The notes beneath the pieces were generated by a model. It made no database searches, was not told the origin of the DNA, and saw nothing but the letters and a program-made list of their open reading frames with translations. A DNA stretch of 64,000 bases from Flaccisagitta enflata (lineage: Eukaryota), in NCBI GenBank assembly GCA_965153355.1, contig OZ231126.1, positions 26,784,001 through 26,848,000 of the forward strand. The letters are read 5' to 3'. Made by a program: the position numbers and the translations under genes. Below are positions 32,930 through 46,812 of this stretch, piece by piece. The stretch's first letter is position 1, and each line of letters begins with the position of its first letter.

Positions 32930-32942
32930 AATAAACAATAAA
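32930..32942 (+). promoter_or_regulatory. candidate polyadenylation signal of labial
   Basis: Two tandem AATAAA hexamers lie ~1.2 kb after the stop codon. Use as the poly(A) signal is inferred. Confidence 0.4.
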
Positions 32943-33951
32943 TGGATTCCATCCATTCTTTATAGACTAGTACGTTTCGATCATCAAAAATTGCCTTTCA
33001 AAATACAGTTGTTTGAACAATCACATGTTGTTTGAACGATGAAATGTTGTTTGAACAATCAAAATGCTGCTACAGGGTACAAACAAAAACGTCATCAGAT
33101 TAGTCTTACTTTTTCTATTTTATTTTGTCCTTTTTTCCTCTTTTTTTTTCTCAAAATATCGCTGTCTTTACCACTTTGTGTACATTCTCCCCAAATCCTT
33201 TACTTGAATGTATTAAATTTGTTTGTTCTAATTTCATTCCGTCTTCATAGTTCAGACTTCACACTAGCTAGGAAAGAAGAAAAAACTGAATTAGGAGCGC
33301 GCATCAGGCACGCAGATACAGAGATACACAATAATATGGATGTTAACTTAATTACAAGATTAGCCTCCTGATTGATTCGTAAGCTCATCATCTTTCCTTG
33401 TCCACTTAAGCTTCGTTTAGCCCAAAGGTATCCCAACTGCATTCTTCTGTGTCCGTGAGTACAACAAACTTGAGAAATTTAGCCCTTTAACCCTCGATAT
33501 ATTTCGCTCGTGAGTTCATTTATGACGCTTTCAATATGCACAACGGATTTCCCCACCCCTTAGACCCCCCCCCCCCACTCCTCCATCTCGTCCTTTTCCC
33601 CTTCACACTCTCAAACCCATCCACCCCTCTTCCCATCATGTCACCACCCCTACGCTACTCATCCTGTGCCTTCTCTTTCGCTGTCCAACGTAAATTTTGT
33701 TAAATATTACTTTGCAAACCCCAGTCAAACAGAGACAGAGTCACGATCTAGAAATCTAGAAATAGCAACCCTCGCAATTCAAGTCCGCGAAATTGGCTCA
33801 GTTTCGGCGGGAGAAGCAGACTTGCAGGAGGAGGAGGAAAATGAGGAAGAGGAGGAAGAATGGGAGGAAGTTTTGGGAATGTAGAAATTAGAAGTACAAG
33901 AATAAAGGAGATGAAGAACAAGGAGGAAGAAACGGTCGATCGTGAAGAGGA

Positions 33952-33994
<43 letters not shown>

Positions 33995-34219
33995 GGAGGA
34001 AAATTTGAGGAGAGGATGATCAAAATTCTACCAGCGATTTACGGAGATTTCGTCGGAGAAAACCAAGATTGATAAAAAAAGAATCTCGGTTGCGTGAAGA
34101 TGGCAGCCCTGTCTCAAAATCGCTACGGCAGGAATCCTTAATATTCTTTGATAGACTTTGAAATTGACACTTTTATGGGCCCTCTAACTTCCCCCACTGG
34201 CCACCCATTGTCTATAAGA

Positions 34220-34690
34220 CGGTTAATTTTTGAAGGAAGAAATTAGTGTTTCAAACCTTTTTTTGCATAATTAGTTGAACAATTAAAGAACTACAAATAC
34301 TTTTCTCGAGCAAATTGTCTCTAGGGACACTAGGTGTGTACATCTTTGTCATAAGCTGACCTCATAGGTACCTTTAGATATGCAAATTACATGAAATAAG
34401 GCAAGAAAATCAAGGTTTTTGCGAAATTTTGTTTACATTTTTTTTTTTTTTTACTGTGGTTGAAATTTTAAGACTCTTAAACGCAGCAAAATTTTGTTTT
34501 TTCAAAAACATAGTTCTCTCTGTAATTCAATTTGGAAGAGAACTATGTTTTCTATTTTTTCATTTTTTCATTTTCTATGCAAATTTAGAATTTCAAACCC
34601 CCCCCTGTCAGTTAACAAAAGTGAAATTTTCAGAAATTTGCAGTAACTTTCATTTATCAATTTTGGCCATTTCAAGTTGATTTTTGTATT
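34220..34690 (+). repeat. dispersed repeat, second copy at ~48020-48490
   Basis: Shared TTTTGAAGGAA, AAATTGTCTC, CAAAAACATAGTTCTCT, TTTGGAAGAGAACTATGTT and CCCCTGTCAGTTA.CAAAAGTGAAATTTTCA. Confidence 0.75.
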
Positions 34691-36476
34691 AGAGTGTGAA
34701 TCATGCAAAATATTAAAAAGATCAACCTTTTTCACAGATTTTTTTTATACAATTATTCAGGTTTATTTCAATTTATATTTATATTTTGATCCTTGTTGAA
34801 ACAAAAATATCGGCTTCGGAGGCTCGCCGTCATAAGTTCAGATTGTTGCATACATCAGTAATAAAGAATGATCATTTCCTAGATCATCAACATGCAACAC
34901 CATACTGATTCACCTTGTTGAAGCGCATTATGCGATTACGTTTTTTAGGTGCGCCATAGCACCTCTATAACTAGCTCTGTATGTCGGTTGGTCGGTTGGC
35001 CGGTCGGTCACGTCACGCTCGAGTTGAAAATCTCGAAAAGAGGCAAAAATCACTGGAACGTCCGTCGGTAATGGTTGAGTTGAAAAGTGGGAAAGTAAGT
35101 GCTTTGGATACTTTTTGTGTATGTTTGTATATTGGGGGTGGGGATTGGGTTTGGACGCACCTGCCCACCCGTCAGCAAAGATATTGTGACCCCGCGTCAC
35201 TTGTTTTTCCTAATCCCTATCTTTTCCTTTGTTTTCCTTTTTTTTTTCTTTAAAAGTTGTGATACAACATATTTCATTTTCATAAGCGTTCGGGTGGTAA
35301 TCGAAATGAAGGAGAAGGGCCTTAACCATAAGTGCATGAATAATGGCCGATTTTTGAAAGGTCTGTTAAGGATTAAAAATTCATCTGAACATAGCAAAAT
35401 TCATGACACCTGCAAAGCTCTTCAAATAATCTTTTAACTGAAATATGCAAATATGCAAATGAGAGTAAGTTTGGCAAAACCACTTGATTGAAACCACTTG
35501 ATTGAAACTGCCCATGATATCTTTACAGAATCACATCAAAAATCATAGAGGACGTTGACCGATAATGATAAAAATTGGGGCAAATATTGCTCAACTATCA
35601 CCTAAAATTCCATCAAAATCGTTAAAGATCTTCTTTTATTTTTAGAGAAAGAAGAAAAAGAAGAAGAAGAAGAAGAAGAAAAAGAAGAGGAAGAAGAAGA
35701 GAGAAAAAGAAAGATTAAGAAAAAGAAAAAGAAGATGCAGAAGAATGAAAGAGGCAAAGTAACGAAAAGAGAATCTTGAAAATTCCGCGAAACCGACAAA
35801 CAAACCTACAGACGGACACACCCTCTTATAGATTTGCGATGATGCATCTCAAAAAGATGCTCCTTTTTTACATGATAAACAGATACAGTTAAAAATTATA
35901 TAAAGGAAATACAGTTGTTTAAAGATTCTTTAAAAAAACTTTTACTCTAGACCAATCCCAGGTCTGTGATTTCAAAAGACTTTGTCCTCTAGAATCTAGA
36001 ACCCTCCAAAGAAAAAGCCTATTTTGCTAAACTGCACCTAAAATGGATTGCAAAATTAAAATGGGCAATGTTTTCATTCAAACAAAAACAGAACGCCAGA
36101 TTGAAGCCCAATGAAAATAATTTTTAATCGGCTTCCAATTTTTTTTTCTAAAATTTGATTTCATTCAAAAGTCTTTCCTTTACACGCGTGGTACTAGAAC
36201 TAAAAGGACAATAACAATGGAAGTAAATGGCGATAATTAAGACACTGTAGACTTCTGTTGCTTCTTCAGCAAAACAAGAATGATGACAACGACGTTAGCC
36301 ACATTACAAACAAAAGGGTGGTCGGGAAACAGGGTCAAATTTCAAAAAATGATATACTCTAGTTTTTTGCATGAATGTATCAAATAAGAAGGTTTTCCCT
36401 CAAGCAGAGGTCTGAGTTTGAAGATTAAACCATAGCGGCAATAGTACAGGCTTCTTATGGCAATATAAAAAATCTA

Positions 36477-37454
36477 CAGGGTGTTTCACACGTTTTGAGG
36501 TTTAAAGAATCGACATAGCTTTTCTCCTAGAAAAGCTATTCCAATTCTGAAAAATAGATCTTGAAGTGCAGTTTTTTGTGTCACCAATTTTTTGTATTTG
36601 CGTTTTTTTAGCCTGGGAGCTACGGGAGTTTAAAGTAAACAACATTATCCAGTTAACTAACCATGGTAAAGAAAAAAATGGACAACTTCTTTTACTAGTT
36701 TCTGGTCAACTATTGGCCTGAACTACAAAAAATCCATGACTGTTTAAAAGCTTTGCAAAAAAATCTTCATTGCTGGACATTGTAGCTTCATTCATTTAAA
36801 AATGGCAAAAGATTAAAGAAAAAAATCACAGATTGAAAAAAATGCTCATTTCAATTTTTTTCCCGTTGAGAAATTTTATTCATTTCGTTTTTGTCAATTA
36901 CGAAATCGGGATTGTCTTAGCTACTCATTATCCATGAGCAAATTAAAGAGCCATGGATTTTCTATAAAATGGAGCCAAGAACAAATTTCCATGTTATAAT
37001 TACAATTACAATAGTTACAATTTCTATGTTACAATAAAGATAGCCCACGAAAATCAGGTGTTACTGATTTTCCAAATTCTTGACCACCTGTCTTCATTCT
37101 TCTGCCATTTCTAAACGGATAGAGATATGACAAGCAGCAAGGTCTCATTGGAAAGATCTTTCACAGAGCTTCAAGATGGTTATGGATTTTACTATGTTTT
37201 TCTTATTGTTTGGATTTGAAAAGCTAACAAACCAGTAGTTTCCATTTTTTTTGCCATAGTTATCCGGATTAAAGATGCAGGCTGGATATGGTTGTTTTCT
37301 TCAAACTTACATAGTGGGCATATTTAAAAGCGCAACTATAAAAAATTGGTGACATAAAAAAACTGCACTTCTAGATCTATTTAGACTTTTTTTCAGAATT
37401 GGAATAACTTTTCTAGGAGAAAAGCTATGTCGATTTTTTAAACCTCAAAACGCG
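36477..37454. mobile_element. Tc1/mariner-like non-autonomous element (right tip lost)
   Basis: TA|CAGGGTGTTTCA left end and ~120-bp inverted repeats (36491-36605 vs 37330-37454). Confidence 0.7.
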
Positions 37455-37499
37455 TTGTCAAATGGCTTGTCAAATGGCGTTGTCAAATGACATTGATAG

Positions 37500-37965
37500 T
37501 CTACAAACCAAATCAGTTGAAAAATATGTTATGCAAATTTTTCACTTTTAGGAGGTAGGCTGGTTAGGTGGTAGGCCAGCTTGCTAAAATCTTTATGAAT
37601 CACAATCATATATTGAGTTCTTCTATTTAGAGATTCCATACCAAGTTTCAACCAAATTGGTTAAAAAATGCCTAAATTATACACATTTTCCACTTTTAGG
37701 CCTGCAGGCTGAGTGGGTGGTAGGCTGGTTTGGCTGGTTAGCATGCCGAAATCTCTATTAATGGCAAACATATGTTGAGTCCTTCCATTTTCAACTAAAT
37801 TGGTTAAAAAATGCTAGAGTTATGCACATTTTTCACTTTTAGGCTGGTAGGCTGGTTGGGTGGTAGGCTGGTTTGGTTGGTTAGCATGCTAAAATCTTTA
37901 TAAATCAAATTCAAATGTTGAGGCCTTCCATTTAGAGACTACATACCAAGTTTCAACCAAATCGG
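37500..37965. repeat. diverged ~130-bp tandem repeat (GGCTGGTAGGCTGG core)
   Basis: TTTTCACTTTTAGG...GGTAGGCTGG...TTTCAACCAAAT recurs 3-4 times. Confidence 0.7.
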
Positions 37966-40527
37966 CTTACCCTAGTACAACTTCCCTCCAAATATGAAGC
38001 AAATTGGTCAAGGCGTTCAGAAGTTAGCCCATTTTTAAAAGAGTCGACGATGATGACAACGACAACGACGACAACGACAACGACGACACCCACCCGCCTC
38101 GAATTATAGTCCGCGTCGGAATGGTATTCCGTCGCGGACAAAAATCCCAATAGGAAGCCTAAGTGTATGAATATATGAAATTTGACCCAGTTCCCTACCA
38201 CCCTACCAAACGACCCTGACATAAGTAACAAGGCTGTATACAACCCCCCTCAGTCGCAGATAGTCGGACAGGGGCAGCATCGAAAAAATACGCTCAAATT
38301 TCGAAAAATGTACAGACGGACGGACGGACCAACAGACTGACGGACTGACACGGCAAGTTCTAAAGTCCCGTGTCCGCAACTAAAAATGATAATTTACATC
38401 GAAGTGCATTTTTTTGTCAGGTAAAGGATGTTCATTTGTTCTTTTGTTCCCCTTATTCAACTAAAATGAGTTAAATGCTAATTTGCATGATGCAGTTTGG
38501 ACCTGTCATATCAACTACCTTTGAAAATTTGACAGCTTAGTTAAAATTTTAAATATATCGCTTTAAGATATTAGGTCGTAACTAATCGTGAACAAATATT
38601 TTCAATGGTCCATTATATAAGCAATTAATGCGATAATGATATGATGATGTCTTATTTGTATGCAACATTTCAAAGATTGAAACATGTTCAATAAAACCAG
38701 AGTTGGAGTAGCTTTGCGCAGTGGCGATACCATAGCCAGTGAAGTACCAACTGAGGCGTGGTTATTGCTAATTGAAAACTAAATCCAATCCCCGCTAGGA
38801 AGGACTTGAAACATAGTCCACCCAGCAATTTCTGAAGACCTGGAAAGGTCCCCTTAATCATAACCAGAGAAAAAAAGAGACTCATAACGAGTAATGCAGG
38901 GTCACGATAACGTTGCGGGCGGTTAGCATCCAGCCCCCCCCCCCCGACACAAACATACAAAAAAAGTATCTAAACGCTCGTTTTTCCACTTTCCGACTCG
39001 ATCAACATGGACGGACAGACAGATGGACCGACGGACCAACAAATGGACAAAGCCTCTTACAGAGTTGCGTACATGCGTACATGCATACATGCGTGTCTGC
39101 ATCTAAAAATTACTTTAATTCAATAGTAATAGTAATACTATTAGTAATACTATTAGTAATACCAGTAATGGCGGCTGTCGCCGTCAGGAAAAAAGTCGTA
39201 AGCATTAGTCACTTTCTTTTTCATCAAGCTTTTGTCTTCAGTTTCTGCAATTTTTTTTACTCGTTAGATCAAACCAAGAGCAATTGTATATATTGATTGT
39301 ACTGAAAATCAGAGAAAAATAAAACCAAGCCAAATGAGCTAGATGAACTGAAATACTCAAAATTGCTTAACCAGTTAACCAGCTATGCTCACTGACATGC
39401 TTTCTTATATTTGCGTGCTCAATCAAAACATCTATTCATTCTTCCTATTTAAAAAATAATAAAACGATTCAGCTAAATGAGCTAGAATACTTAAAAACAC
39501 CCCCACAGATGAGCAGCTCTGCTCACTGACATGCTTTCTTTTATCTGCTTGCTTAAATATGTATCAAAATATTTATTTGTTAATCGCATTTAAGATATAA
39601 AAAAAAAGACTGAGCTTCATGAGCTAAATGAGCTAAAATGTTCAAAAAAACCCTTACAGATGAGCAGATGTGCTCATAAACATGTTTTCTTGTATTTGCA
39701 TACTCAAAGAAACATAAATTCATTCCTTTATTGATCCTACTTAAAATCGTTAAAAATGAAAATAAAAATCCACTTGAATTTTTCATAAATAAATCTTTAA
39801 AAAATCATAATGCGAAAAATATTTGTTATGGAGCATTCTGCTTGGCGCCAAATAAAAGAGAATTATTAAATTTACTAATCCTATTAATTTCGTTTGAGGC
39901 ACAAATCAGGCGGATAAGATGCGAATTTTTCGCATAAAAAAATGAAAATCATGTTTCTCTCGAATATGTCAAAAAGTCAAAGACTGATTTCGACTCTTTT
40001 CCGACTATTTGTATTTCTGAAGGACCAACCAACCAACGATAGACAGATGGATGGACGGACCGACATAGCGACATGTTGAGTCGCATTTCCGCAACTAAAA
40101 ATTCCGCATGATCGACCCAGGCATCACTGACAAACAAAGAGTTTACGTTGATAAGTAACATTTAAGTTTGCTAACATGACACCTTTCTCATCAAGTAAAA
40201 CGGAATTAAGATATCCTTGTGGACAACCCCTTCCACACTTACAGGGATGGTAATGCGTGTTTCTTCATTTATTGGCTCGATCATTACAGATGGACAGGTC
40301 CACGGACAGACCGACGAACATAGACCTCTAAAGAGTCGCAAGTCCGAGGAAATGTTAGATTTCGAAAATACTGTCAGAACGACTTAACGGACGCGGACGA
40401 CAAACACGTTCCTTAGCTTTGATATTCAATCAATGATGTTCAGTTTATAGACTCGTTAGAACCTACATTTCAATAAACGTAACCCGAATTCAGACTAGAC
40501 GAAGACACAAAATTCTATCACTTTTGG

Positions 40528-43500
40528 TAGGCCCCTGACTATGAAGGTTTTTTTTACAGTTGGCTCTTCTCCGTTATACCATTCTCAAGAACTGTCCATA
40601 AGCTTCAATGCTACATGTTTGTTTTGTCAAAAAATGTTCGGGAAGTGTAAGACCAAGGGGGTCAAAGGTCAGGGGTCCAAGGTATGATCCCCCACAGGGG
40701 TCAAAATTTCAAAGTTGTCAAAATCAAAATCTGATTGCAGATTTGGATTCCTCTGAAAAAAGTAGCAAAAGAAAGTACTCTTCTTTTTTTTCATTTCTCA
40801 TTTTAAGTGGGTCAAAATTGGGGTCAAAGGTCACGAGTGACCCCAATCTGACCTCACGAGAGATCAAAAATGAAAACACGGATAATCCAAATTCTGATAC
40901 CAGTTTTGGAATCTTCATGAAAAATGAATTGATAGTTATTGCTGTCATTTTTGGGCAGCGGCTCCGAAGTGGACAAAGTCCTGTAGAACACAGGGGGAAT
41001 CTGTCCGTCCGTCCGTCCGTCCCCCCCCCCCGCCCCACCCTCGGCTTCGTCTCCTTTGGGGCCCAAATCCAAACTGTATGGCCCAAATCCGAGCAAAATG
41101 GTCCAAATCCGCCCAAAATTGGCCAAATCCAGGCAAAATGGCCTAAGACCAGGTAAAATGGGCCTTATCTGGCTAGAAAACCTGAATTCTGGCCTGAGTT
41201 CTATCATCTTGGCCCCTTAAACTTAGATTCTGGCTCCAAAAACCCACATCCAAGCCTTAGAGACCCAGATCCTGACCTTTGGGACCCAGATTTTGACCTC
41301 CAAGACCTAGGTGCTGGCCTAAAAGACCTAAATCCTAGCCTCAGAGGACCAAATCCTGACCTCAGAAACTGAAATCCTTGCCTCTGAGACCAAGAAATTG
41401 GTCTCTGAGACCCAGATTCTGGCCTCAGAGACCCAGATCCTGGCCTGCTCCTGCCTCAACTTAACCTACAAACTATACAAAAATGGCAAGGGTACCATTG
41501 TCCATATTCTGCCTTTTGTCAGTTCTCCTTGATATTCAATGAAAATTTGAATAACAGGGCATCCTGGACAGAAGGAAGGCAAACAGGACGGACAAACGGA
41601 TGGACGGACGGACAGATTCCCCCTGTGTTCTACAGGACTTCGTCCCCTTCGGGGCCGCTGCCCTGCTCCCTCTCAACCTTCATCACTTCCTACTCAAGCA
41701 GGGCACGGGTACCGCTGACCACTTACTGCCTTTGGGCTGCTATTAAATTTTCTCAGAAAATGTCTGTCAAAAATGTCATCATTTGTCATGATGCACAAAA
41801 GGGTCTTAACAGAGATCTTGACTCACTATGTATTCTGAATCTACTTAGAAAGAACACATCTCCTAAGCATACATATTCAATATAGATATGGCTTCTCTGA
41901 CTTTTGATTGTCGCGTAAAGTTAACATTAGCTTTTGGGCAGGAGGACAAAGTCCTGTTGAACATGGGGAATTTTATTTGTTTGTTCATTTGTCTGTAGTT
42001 GTATCCCCCCCCCTTTTGAGCTCCAATCAGTCTTTTCAGGCCTCCAACTGACCCTCTCAAGCCTCAAGATGGTCCTCACAGGCCTCAAATTTGTCCTCTC
42101 AAGCTGCCTTAGATCATTTAGATTTCAAATTAGCTCTCAAACCTCCAGACAGCTCTCGTGACAATTAAATCAACCCTTGAATGACTCGTATCAGCCCTCT
42201 CGACCCCAAATCATTAGCTTACGGCCTAAACCAGGGTTGTCAAAAATTAAAAATGATTAGAGTGACCTGATTGACTTAAGTGACTTAATATGACTCAATA
42301 TGACTTGATATGACTTAATATGACTTAAAATGACTTAAAATGACTTAGAATGACTTATAATGGAATTTAAGAAGGAGCTGTGTAATTAAATAACAAGGCT
42401 GAATACACGGCAATCCAGTCGCGGACAGTTGGGCAAGAGCAGTAATGCAAAAAGCCAATAGCAATTCAACAATGTGTCTGACCAACAGACCGACGGACTG
42501 ACTGATACAGCAAGGTGTAGTCGCGTGTCCGCGACTAAAAACAAAAACAGATTTGGACTTGTCAGACTGTGGGGACAAAACGAGTAGCTCACCTTACCTC
42601 ACCGCGACCTGGTTTAGCCATGATAACCCTTTCTCCTACACTTCCTCCTCTCTCATTTTTTTGGCGAAAAAAAGTTACCCATACATCATTATGTCCATAA
42701 ATGACAGGAATTCATTACATTTGAACATTTTTTGCCTAATTTACTGCATGAGCTTTATCAAAACCTAGGTTGAAAATTCCGACGATGCTTTTCTGCTTGC
42801 TTTCCCAAGGAACCAACTCCTGTTTACCTCTACTGTAGCCCAAAAAGCTTAAAAACGCAAAAGAATAAAAAACAGACTGACCCACTGACTGACTGACCCA
42901 CCGACTGACCGACCCACCAACAAAGAAGGGTGTGGAGTCACGTAGCTCGTGACTAGCAACTCAGTGAAGGTTCACACGGCCTTCTTCTATTTTATTCAGT
43001 TGGGAATTAGAGTGGGCTCAATTTGGGCATTCAAATGAAATATTATTTCCATGCACTTTTCATGTTCTACTTGCACATTTAGAGCCTAATCTCATTGGAA
43101 AGTCAATTTGGACCTGATCTAGGCACTCCATCAATAATGCTGTAGTTGCATAGAATTTGCTGATTGCTGGAGTTATGACAGAAATTTGTTCCATAGTAAT
43201 TCTATGCAACTACAGCATTGAAGACAGAGCACCAAAGAAAACTGTTTTAGAGATCATGGAGGTAGGCTTAAAAACAGCTGCACATTCCCCCCTCAGCATA
43301 CTGGAGGCGGAAATAAAAGCAGAAGCTGCTTAACTATACACATCCCTGCGTGGAGGACTCAAAGGGCAACCTCCTTCATTGCAACTTGTGATGAAAACTC
43401 AGGATTTTAAAACTGTAAGTCAACTGTAATATTTACAAAATTTACACAAAAATAAAATGAAAAGAGAAGTGAACATACAGTTAACTCCCACTCTATCGGA

Positions 43501-44449
43501 TTTCAAGGAACTAACAAATCTTATCTGTTAAAGATGGGATTCTGGTAAAACAATCATAGGAAACAAAAAAAAAATTAAAGGGACTATTAATTTGCATTCA
43601 TTATATGCGGAATTCTGTAAGTGGTGGTTCTGTTAGAGCAGGGTTCAACTGTATATAAATTACATTTACTTGTTTTGCTTTTTTGAGCAGCGGTGTCAAA
43701 GGGCCGATGTCCTGTAGGCCACAGGGGTGAATTTTCAGACATGTGTCCATCTGTCCATCCTTCCGTCTGTCCATCCATCCATCTGTCCATCCCCCCCAGA
43801 GACCATCCGGGCCTCAAATCATCACGCTCAGGCCTGATTTTTGCCTTCAAAGCCCTTGAATTAGCCCATTCAACCTTCAATTTGGCCATATAGACCTAAA
43901 ATCAGCTCTCCAGACCTCGAATCTGCCCTCCAGACCTAAAATCAGCTCTCCAGGCCTCAAATATGCCCTTTCAGCTACAAATATGCCCCCCGGACCTTAA
44001 ATTAGCTCTATAGGTTAATATTTTTTTCACAGACGTTTTCTGGGAAAATTTGAAATTGACTCATTTTTCATGAGGATTCCAAAACTGGTCCCAGAATTTT
44101 GATTATCCGCGATTTCATTTTTGACCTCTCGTGAGGTCAGATTAGGGTCACTTGTGACCTTTGACCCCCATTTTGACCCACTTAAAATGAGAAAAAGAAA
44201 AAAAGAAGAGTACTTTCTTTTACTACTTTTTTTAGAGGAATCCAAATCTGCAATCAGATTTTGATTTTGACAACTTTGAAATTTTGACCCCCGTGGGGAT
44301 CATACTTTGACCCCCTGACCTTTGACCCCCTTGGTCTTACACTTCCCGAACATTGTTTGACAAAACAAACATGTAGCATTGAAGCTCATGGTCAGTACTT
44401 GAGAAGGGTACAACAAAGAAATGACTTTTATCCCATAGTCAGTGGCCTA
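40528..44449. mobile_element. 3.9-kb DNA-transposon derivative with ~400-bp TIRs and nested inserts
   Basis: 40528-40930 is the reverse complement of ~44055-44449. The termini TAGGCC...GGCCTA are flanked by the direct repeat CTTTTGG (40521-40527, 44450-44456). No transposase ORF was seen. Confidence 0.8.
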
Positions 44450-45837
44450 CTTTTGGCGTTTTCAACGCGACATTTCTTCCGATTGACGTCTTTTGTTCTG
44501 CCGTCCCGAATCCCAACGTCTCATTCTCTGACGGGGAATTTCTGAAGTTAACGTCTTTTGTTTTCCATCATTTTAGTGATGATTAGGCGAAACGATAACT
44601 TTCGCTACACTTTCCCGATTGCCCATTAACTGTTGCCCATTGCCTACGAAATGACAAGTGGAACAATATCCCTCACTACTATCTAGCTCATAAATATACG
44701 GACACCTTCCCAAATTCATAGCAGCTAAACTTCAATATCCAATAGAAAAATAAAAGTAGATCAACAAACTATTACAAAAAATCTTCCATTTAAGACCAAG
44801 CAAAGCTCAGTAGCTCAATCTGTTTTGAAATGAGAGCGTTTTGAAGGAAAACTGTCATTTAACCAAAATCAAATTCAAAGGTTTTCAGTTGAAATCATTA
44901 AATGACAACCTACATAGAAAGAGCTCCTAAATCCAAATAGATTGGCAAAAATCATTCTGCTTGACCTCATTAGATCACATTTTTACCAAACATTTTGAAT
45001 ATTGAAAAAATTGGAGGCTGTAGTTAAATATATTGCTCTAAAATTATCTAATATCAAAAGAAAACAAAAGAAAAATCAATGACTTTTTGTTGCTTACTGA
45101 GAAATAAAGGATACACTGATTTTAGTCAAAAAATCATAGACCAATCCAATAGAAACTTGTTACAGAAGTTCTTGATAGATCATAATACCATATTATTACT
45201 AAAAATTAATTTACTGGGATATATATTTCATTCAGTGAGTCAAAATGCAAATCTTTATCCAGCTGTCCGTATATTTATGAGCTAGATGGTAAATACCCAA
45301 ATCGAAATAAATGTAAGAGGGCTCTTTGAAGCCTCACTGACTAGTTTTTAGTTGCGGACACGCAGCTCTTTAAGAGGCTTTGTCCGTCCGTCGGTCCGTC
45401 CGTCGGTCCGTCCGTCGGTCCGTCCGTCGGTCCGTTGATCCGTCCGTGGACACGAGTCGAAAAATGAGCATTTTAGAGAACTTTTGTGTATATGGGGGGT
45501 GGGCAAGGGGTATGGATGGGGGTTGGATGCCCCTGCCCACCCGTCCGCAACGATATTGTGACCCCGCGTCACTTGTTCATAAAACTATCTGAAAAAACTT
45601 TTTTCTCAATCGAACCAAAAGGTCAAGATGAATACTCACCAAAAGTAGTTGAAGGTCAAATGATTGGTACCCCGTACCTGTGTACACGTGTTAACAAAAC
45701 TCAACAAATCACCCAACTCCCAACTCCCAACCCAAGGGCAACGTTGTTAATAAATCATACCCTTTGAGGATGGAATTGAGGTCAAACATATTGCGACCGT
45801 GGTCGGACCTTCTCGACGGTTTCTACGACGAAATAAT

Positions 45838-46089
45838 TTACTGATCGACCGCCGAGGTGGACTTCAGTCGTCCTTGGTTTCCATGTTTGTCCAAAGCGTC
45901 ATTTCCATTTACACCCCCACCCCCTTCATCATCAACGACTTTGCTTCCCCCCGTTTTATCGGCTTGTTCGCAGTACGGTGACTCTTTTGAAAAGTCTACG
46001 ACGCGACAGAGGTTGGGTGAAACGACGTCACACCACCGATAGTCTCCGGACTTTGAGTCGTATTTCTCACAACGGATCGTTTCAGCTCC
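45838..46089 (-). CDS. type II membrane Sushi/CCP-like protein, last exon
   Basis: Acceptor ttctttttcacccag|. Encodes GAETIRC...RWC...C...PYC, the second half of a CCP fold, then ends at TAA. Confidence 0.75.
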   Translation of the reverse strand, partial: GAETIRCEKYDSKSGDYRWCDVVSPNLCRVVDFSKESPYCEQADKTGGSKVVDDEGGGGVNGNDALDKHGNQGRLKSTSAVDQ

Positions 46090-46124
46090 CTGGGTGAAAA
46101 AGAAGGGCCATGGATATATAAAAT

Positions 46125-46167
<43 letters not shown>

Positions 46168-46242
46168 AACGGCCCTGCCCTGAATCTTCGCCCCTGCCCA
46201 ACCTCGAGATGCTAGGTGCTCTATCCCAGGGTACTTGTTTAC

Positions 46243-46353
46243 CCGCAATTGAAAGTTTCCACGGCAGAAAAATTTGCAGATGGTGCCATTATGGTAACCA
46301 ACTTTGTGCTTGGACTTGGAATCGCATTCTGCTATTGCCGGAAACTGCGGAGT

Positions 46354-46386
<33 letters not shown>

Positions 46387-46640
46387 CGACGCCGACGCGA
46401 TCAAAATGGCCGAAATGATGTCTATTGGGTCACGGCAGCCTCCCGTCCAAGTTTTGTTACGGCTCCGCACAACCGGATTACCACTTCCACTTCCAATTCC
46501 TCCACCGACTCCCTCTTTTCCTCCTCCTCCTTCTATTCCTCCTACAGTGTGTTCCGTATTGTGGTGGTGATTGTCAACGTTGGCAATAAAGGCCACGCCA
46601 ACAACGCCACAAACCATCGCAACGCCAACGAACGCCAAAC
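46243..46640 (-). CDS. same gene, transmembrane segment plus first half of Sushi domain
   Basis: Acceptor ctttcatag| (phase 1), donor CGG|GTAAAC. Encodes the TM LAFVGVAMVCGVVGVAFIA, a Gly-rich stalk and CRDP...ECD...GTICKFFCRGNFQLR. Confidence 0.75.
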
Positions 46641-46812
46641 CTATGAAAGCATGCCATGTCAAGGATCACCAGGGCCTTAGCTTTGGCCAAAAAAACATCT
46701 GAAGAACATCTTAAGGACATGCTCAGGCTTCAGAACCAAAATTTTGATTATACTCTTTGTTAAGATTTTTTTCATGGACCTATGAAGTTTAGAGGACTAG
46801 TCGTATACAAAC

